Origin: Candidatus Bathyarchaeia archaeon
GTDB taxonomy: Archaea > Thermoproteota > Bathyarchaeia > TCS64
DNA: 63,324 nt
Assembly: GCA_050014495.1 (NCBI GenBank)
Contig: JBEKDF010000016.1
Span: 1 to 63,324, forward strand
Direction: 5' to 3'
Shown here: positions 58,993-63,324 of the stretch, one piece after another
Layout of the letters: each line of letters opens with the position of its first letter
How positions within the stretch are numbered: position 1 is the stretch's first letter
Notes under the pieces: generated by a model
Told to the model about the DNA's origin: nothing
The model's input: the letters and a program-made list of their open reading frames with translations, nothing else
Databases searched by the model: none
Translations under genes and position numbers: made by a program

Positions 58993-60536
58993 ACGTAGGC
59001 CCTGCCGAGCTTTAATGCGAGCTCTGCCTTTTCCAGCTCCTTTCCAAGGTAAGCCGCGTGGTCGAGCTTCTCTATCATCCTTTCCCTGATAATCGTCTGG
59101 TAGATCTCAGTCACCTCTTTTCCCTTCACTATGGCAGAGGGTTTCTCCTCGTTGTTGTGGTAGAAGAGCGCTTCAATAATCTTGTTTTCCCTATCAATCT
59201 GTATCTTAAACCAACCTGTCTTGTCGGGTATGAAATCTACTTCTCCTATCGATTTAATGATGCGGGCCTTTCGTACCTCATAATCGACGTAGGGTTCTTC
59301 TACCCACCTCTTTTCTTTTAAGACGAGCAGATCAATGCCCAGATCTTTTGGTACAGTGGCCTTGTTTCTGGCTAGGAACATCATCTTCGAAGCGATGGCT
59401 AGTTCCCGGACACTGCCTTTTACTTTGACGCTAAATTCTGGTGTGAAAAGTATATTGGCTCCTACCTCGTATGCTAATGCAGTCAACAACCCGTTGACGC
59501 CGATGGAGTCAACGTCGATTAGCTCTGTTACGTTTCCTAGCCCGAACAACATCGGTGTCTCAGGATTCCTCTCCCGGTATAGTTGGTAAGCCCTAAGCGA
59601 GTTCATCAAACCGGGTTGGAAAGCTGGCTCAAGTACCGGGTCGGCGATAATCTTCTTCAAACCTAGATCTTTAGCACGCTCAATATTTTTTTCCAGATCG
59701 TCCACCCTCTTCACCGCATCCTTAGCCAATTCTCCCTTCTTCATGTTTGAGGGAAGGACAACCACTGGAGTGTCAGCTACCTCGTTGGATACTTCAGCAA
59801 TGTTTCCAGCGTCAAGGCTCAGTACTAGATCAATCCCTGAATTGGCTGCTGCTTTAATCTCGTACTCGTTAAGAGTATCGATGCTCAAAGGAAGGTTGAC
59901 CGAGTTCCTCAGGGTGTCTACTATTTCCTCTATCTTCGCTGGCATGGGTGTTCCCGCGAGCATTCCAATGTCGATTATCTCGGCTCCTTCGCTCGCGTAA
60001 TACTTGGCTAGCTTACCTATTTCATTCAGCCCTCTATGAGGAGCGTTCACGATCTCAGCGACTACCGGCATAGGAAAGCTTGAGCCGATTGGAATTTGAT
60101 TATCCTTTGAGCCGATAATCAAGCCACCGTGCTCATTATAGGTTTCATGCCATTTTTCCTTAATTTTCTTGATCTCAGCTTCAGCGTTTTCACGAATCAA
60201 GTTTTTTCCTAACTCTGACGCAGGAAGCACTTTGGAGAACTTTAATCCCTCCATGAAGCTTATAGCTAGATCTGCTGCGTGTATCGGTCCCTTAAAGGTG
60301 GGGACGCCCGTTGCTTTTTCTATCAAAGCGACGTCTCCTAACATGGCTCCCGGCATCAAAATCATGTCATAGCTATGGAGATCCTCCTTTTTGAGGCATT
60401 CAGCAGCATATTCAGGTGTTATGAAAGCGGCCACTGAGATAGGTAAAACTAGTACATCGATATCCAATTTTATCATGGATGCATAACGTTTTACAGTCCT
60501 TTCCGCCATCGTTCCTGTTACAACTATTACCCTCAA
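58971..60536 (-). CDS. Archaeal dihydropteroate synthase-like protein (methanopterin biosynthesis) with C-terminal DUF4346-like domain
   Basis: IIDIG, LSIDT, IADPVL, GLGNVTELIDVDS, HAAYLGKEL. Confidence 0.9.
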   Translation of the reverse strand: MRVIVVTGTMAERTVKRYASMIKLDIDVLVLPISVAAFITPEYAAECLKKEDLHSYDMILMPGAMLGDVALIEKATGVPTFKGPIHAADLAISFMEGLKFSKVLPASELGKNLIRENAEAEIKKIKEKWHETYNEHGGLIIGSKDNQIPIGSSFPMPVVAEIVNAPHRGLNEIGKLAKYYASEGAEIIDIGMLAGTPMPAKIEEIVDTLRNSVNLPLSIDTLNEYEIKAAANSGIDLVLSLDAGNIAEVSNEVADTPVVVLPSNMKKGELAKDAVKRVDDLEKNIERAKDLGLKKIIADPVLEPAFQPGLMNSLRAYQLYRERNPETPMLFGLGNVTELIDVDSIGVNGLLTALAYEVGANILFTPEFSVKVKGSVRELAIASKMMFLARNKATVPKDLGIDLLVLKEKRWVEEPYVDYEVRKARIIKSIGEVDFIPDKTGWFKIQIDRENKIIEALFYHNNEEKPSAIVKGKEVTEIYQTIIRERMIEKLDHAAYLGKELEKAELALKLGRAYVQDENLF

Positions 60537-60562
60537 AGGCTACCACCGTACTATTTGTATTG

Positions 60563-61525
60563 CTATTTTCTGGTTATCCTAATTTTACTACCCTTGTTAT
60601 CGGCTTTTGTGTAGAAGGCGCTTCCATGCCTACCCTCAATATTAAGAAATTTCCTTAATCCTTCAGTGACTCGCTTGGCTTCCTCTTCTCCATCAACGAG
60701 GCCGTAGAAAGCTGGCCCCCAAGAACTCTGTCCTACCCCGTATGCGCCTGATTTTATGATGAACTCAATCCCTGCTTCTATAAGTGGATGGCTGAAACGC
60801 CCTCCCTGAATGTTCAACCAGTACTCCCCGAATTTGTAATCTATCTCGGTCATAGCCTCGCCGAAGGCTTTTATGTCATTTTCGATGATGCTGGGTATCA
60901 TCTTGATAAGGACCAATCTAGCTACCTCTCCAATGAGGTCTTTAGGAGGTGGCTCGAACATTTTGAAAGCCCGTTTCTCCATCTCCCCACTGAAAGGATT
61001 CTTTATTTCTGGAACACCTATGACGAAGGACCAATTCTCTGGAATGTCTGAGTGGAATACCAGAGGCGGGATCGAGTTTGGCTTATCTGTTCTGTGCCCA
61101 CCGTCTACTACGAAGCCTCCATGCTTGAAAATCTGTGTGCCAACCCCCGATCTCTTGGATCTATCTAGTTTTAGAGCTATATCTTCGACGCTGAGGTTGA
61201 GATCATATAATTTTGAAATTGCAGATCCCACAGCTAGGGCCAGTTGAGTGCCTGACCCGAAACCTTCGTGCTCCGGAATATCTGAAACTAGCTCGAATTC
61301 TACACCTTGGTTGATCCCAGCGTTCTTGAGTATTATATCCGCATACTCAAGTATCCGCTCTGAGCGTTTTCCTTTCGCTTTAAGAGCAGGAGCGTGTGAT
61401 GCCTTCAGCACTATTCTTGGTTCTTGAATGGCAACTCCTACGCTTCCATGGATACGTCCCAGGTCGCCACTCATGTCGATGATAGCGAAATGTAGCCTAG
61501 CAGGAGTCGTGATTGTTATCTCTAT
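60563..61525 (-). CDS. mptG: Beta-RFAP synthase (GHMP-kinase fold); probable ATA start
   Basis: TPARLHF (upstream of ATG 61474), H.GFGSGTQL, GGFVVDGG, GQSSWGP. Confidence 0.92.
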   Translation of the reverse strand: MEITITTPARLHFAIIDMSGDLGRIHGSVGVAIQEPRIVLKASHAPALKAKGKRSERILEYADIILKNAGINQGVEFELVSDIPEHEGFGSGTQLALAVGSAISKLYDLNLSVEDIALKLDRSKRSGVGTQIFKHGGFVVDGGHRTDKPNSIPPLVFHSDIPENWSFVIGVPEIKNPFSGEMEKRAFKMFEPPPKDLIGEVARLVLIKMIPSIIENDIKAFGEAMTEIDYKFGEYWLNIQGGRFSHPLIEAGIEFIIKSGAYGVGQSSWGPAFYGLVDGEEEAKRVTEGLRKFLNIEGRHGSAFYTKADNKGSKIRITRK

Positions 61526-62172
61526 ATCTTAGCCCTCCACTGTTCGATCATTTTTTCCAATGCTTTGACTACTCTAGCTTCTGGGGAGCCTACCGACGAT
61601 ACTCTCTCCATAACTTCCCTACATTTATTAAATTTATAAATTTGAGTTTTGGCTTCAAGCAATTTCTTGTTTTCTAGGAAATATTCAATTTTAGTTGCAT
61701 GGATTATCGCTTCTATCGCTTGAGCCTTCCCCCTACTAACTACAGCTGGAAACTTTTTTAAAATCTTGATAGACGAAACCTCACCTACGAAGGATGACCG
61801 TTCATTCGAGATGTCTCTGCTCTCCATTTTCTCTAGGAATATCGCTGCATCAGCCTGCTCAATTGAAAGATCGGAGAGAAACTTGGGGTGAGAAAAGGCG
61901 CGCAGATCCTCTTTTTTAAACGCGGTAACTAAGAAAAGCTCAGGATTGTTAGTCGTGTTAACGCAGGCATGGGGTCTATTAATAAGATTCAGAAAGGTCT
62001 GGCTCGATTTGTATGGTTTTACCTTTAGATGATTCGAATCTACCCTAATGATCCCCATCGGCGCGGCGTTAATCGATCCATCAGGTTTCCATGTGGTTAG
62101 GATGGACTCTGATAGGCAATCATAACTGAAACCAATGTTAGTTAGAATTTCATCAATTTTTTTTGTTCTCAT
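61522..62172 (-). CDS. DUF447-family protein (methanopterin-cluster associated)
   Basis: ESILTT...NAAPMG, SQTFLN, IEAIIHATK. Confidence 0.85.
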   Translation of the reverse strand: MRTKKIDEILTNIGFSYDCLSESILTTWKPDGSINAAPMGIIRVDSNHLKVKPYKSSQTFLNLINRPHACVNTTNNPELFLVTAFKKEDLRAFSHPKFLSDLSIEQADAAIFLEKMESRDISNERSSFVGEVSSIKILKKFPAVVSRGKAQAIEAIIHATKIEYFLENKKLLEAKTQIYKFNKCREVMERVSSVGSPEARVVKALEKMIEQWRAKI

Positions 62173-62216
62173 TTGCGATCAATTAGTAGGAATATAGTTT
62201 TTGTATAAACTATAAA

Positions 62217-63224
62217 CTATCTATCAATCAGTTTAACTGGAACAAGATAATCCCCAGTGCCCCCCAAAACAATTCTAAAATATTTTTGATTTGCTTGTTC
62301 AACCTCTTCTAATGTTCCCCGAAACTCAATAAAATCTCCCTTCTTTGCCTGCTCAGTGAACTTACCTCTGTAGCTAATAAGCTCCGAAACCGCATAATCG
62401 ATCTTTGGATCGATGACAGTTACTTTATCCACCCTATACCTGCAGGGCGTAAAAATCGAAAGCCGGTCATCGGAGATGACGGCCCGACCTCTTACTAACT
62501 GGATCGGCCTCGAGACCTCTCTTCTTTCGTTTCTAGTTTTCACCAACCTTATGAAATATTCTGTGTCGTTATAGATTCCATGAAGAAATTTTTTCATCTC
62601 AATGTCCATGAAGTTGCTCAGATCGATCCCTGTGTCGCCCCATCGAGACTTTGCAACTTTTTTAACGGACTCAGCATCGTAGGGCTTGATCTCCTTTTTC
62701 TCCCTGAGAATTTTTAATGCGTTGTACGTCCTTAGCCCATTTCTTTCACCGTAAACAATTAAGTCTATATCAGAGCCCTCAGCAACAAGACCTATCAACA
62801 TAGAACCTGAGATGCCAAAACTGGTTAACGAAACGTTACTTCCTGCAATAATTGCTGAAATAAAACTCTTCATTACTTGCTCTAAACGGGTTTTAGGGGC
62901 CTTGAATATTGATTGCATGGCTGCTCTGGGCTCATATAATCTAGATATTTTTTTGACCGGGACAGTTTGTAGGAATTTGTCTAGAAAGTCGACTTCACTA
63001 AGGTAATGAGAATAATTTTCTCTAAGAAAATGGGTCGTTTCATCGATGTCATAGACGCGCTTGTACCGCTTTTCTCCACGCTCCCTTTCTCCAGATGGAT
63101 CAGGAACGTATCTTAGGTATGCTATCACTCTGTCCGTTGGATGGTGGACGCCTTTAACAGCGAATAGAAGGCCTTCGACGGTCTCAATGTAATCTCCCTC
63201 AACGTATACAGAAGACAGAGGCAC
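62217..63224 (-). CDS. Predicted nucleotidyltransferase (COG1665-like), paralog of 37890..38915
   Basis: KGVHHP...AYLRYVP, GISGSML...SDIDL, SYRGKF.EQA. Confidence 0.85.
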   Translation of the reverse strand: MPLSSVYVEGDYIETVEGLLFAVKGVHHPTDRVIAYLRYVPDPSGERERGEKRYKRVYDIDETTHFLRENYSHYLSEVDFLDKFLQTVPVKKISRLYEPRAAMQSIFKAPKTRLEQVMKSFISAIIAGSNVSLTSFGISGSMLIGLVAEGSDIDLIVYGERNGLRTYNALKILREKKEIKPYDAESVKKVAKSRWGDTGIDLSNFMDIEMKKFLHGIYNDTEYFIRLVKTRNERREVSRPIQLVRGRAVISDDRLSIFTPCRYRVDKVTVIDPKIDYAVSELISYRGKFTEQAKKGDFIEFRGTLEEVEQANQKYFRIVLGGTGDYLVPVKLIDR

Positions 63225-63324
63225 GATCCAACTATACGAAATGCGAACCTTATAAGTAGATGTGAGTAAGAATAACTCTATCGATTTGAAGAAAAACGAG
63301 GCGTCAGACCTTGTAGGTTGCTGT

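Noticed and set aside
528..63006. Numerous 60-175 aa antisense or overlapping ORFs in the track
   Set aside because: They are shadows of well-supported genes and have no motifs of their own.
1..63324. tRNA, rRNA, IS/transposase, provirus
   Set aside because: No cloverleaf/T-loop signatures, rRNA motifs, transposase/integrase or capsid-like ORFs were recognised by eye.

Overview
Archaeal DNA, most consistent with a Bathyarchaeia-type anaerobe (inferred from gene content, not from a search). Three zones. (1) 1-8.6 kb is an accessory array of short unrelated genes in mixed orientation. It is punctuated by a ~25-bp repeat (TAGYCTTATCCTCACTTCCACCTGA), stubs of one paralogous 'MVD...' gene family and short alternating purine-pyrimidine (CGCG/CGTG) tracts. 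(2) 8.8-21.5 kb holds housekeeping and catabolic genes: ECF module, PhoU-like regulator, EF-2, glycerate kinase, toprim protein and a sugar dehydrogenase/kinase/aldolase operon. It is interrupted at 16.9-17.9 kb by a ~1-kb patterned locus with 7 ATGGTACCAT-type palindromes, a ~10-12-bp-periodic GTCA array and a central hairpin. (3) 21.5-63.3 kb is a ~42-kb archaeal Wood-Ljungdahl supercluster: mtd, mch, ftr, fwdDBAC, cdhABCDE, ADP-forming acetate-CoA ligase, Mo/W-cofactor genes, Ni/corrinoid maturation and methanopterin/F420 biosynthesis. No mer is seen in the window; an AT-rich metF / ferredoxin-MvhD / metV / mvhAG block is present instead. No rRNA, tRNA, CRISPR array, transposase or integrase was recognised. 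All family calls come from motif recognition by eye.
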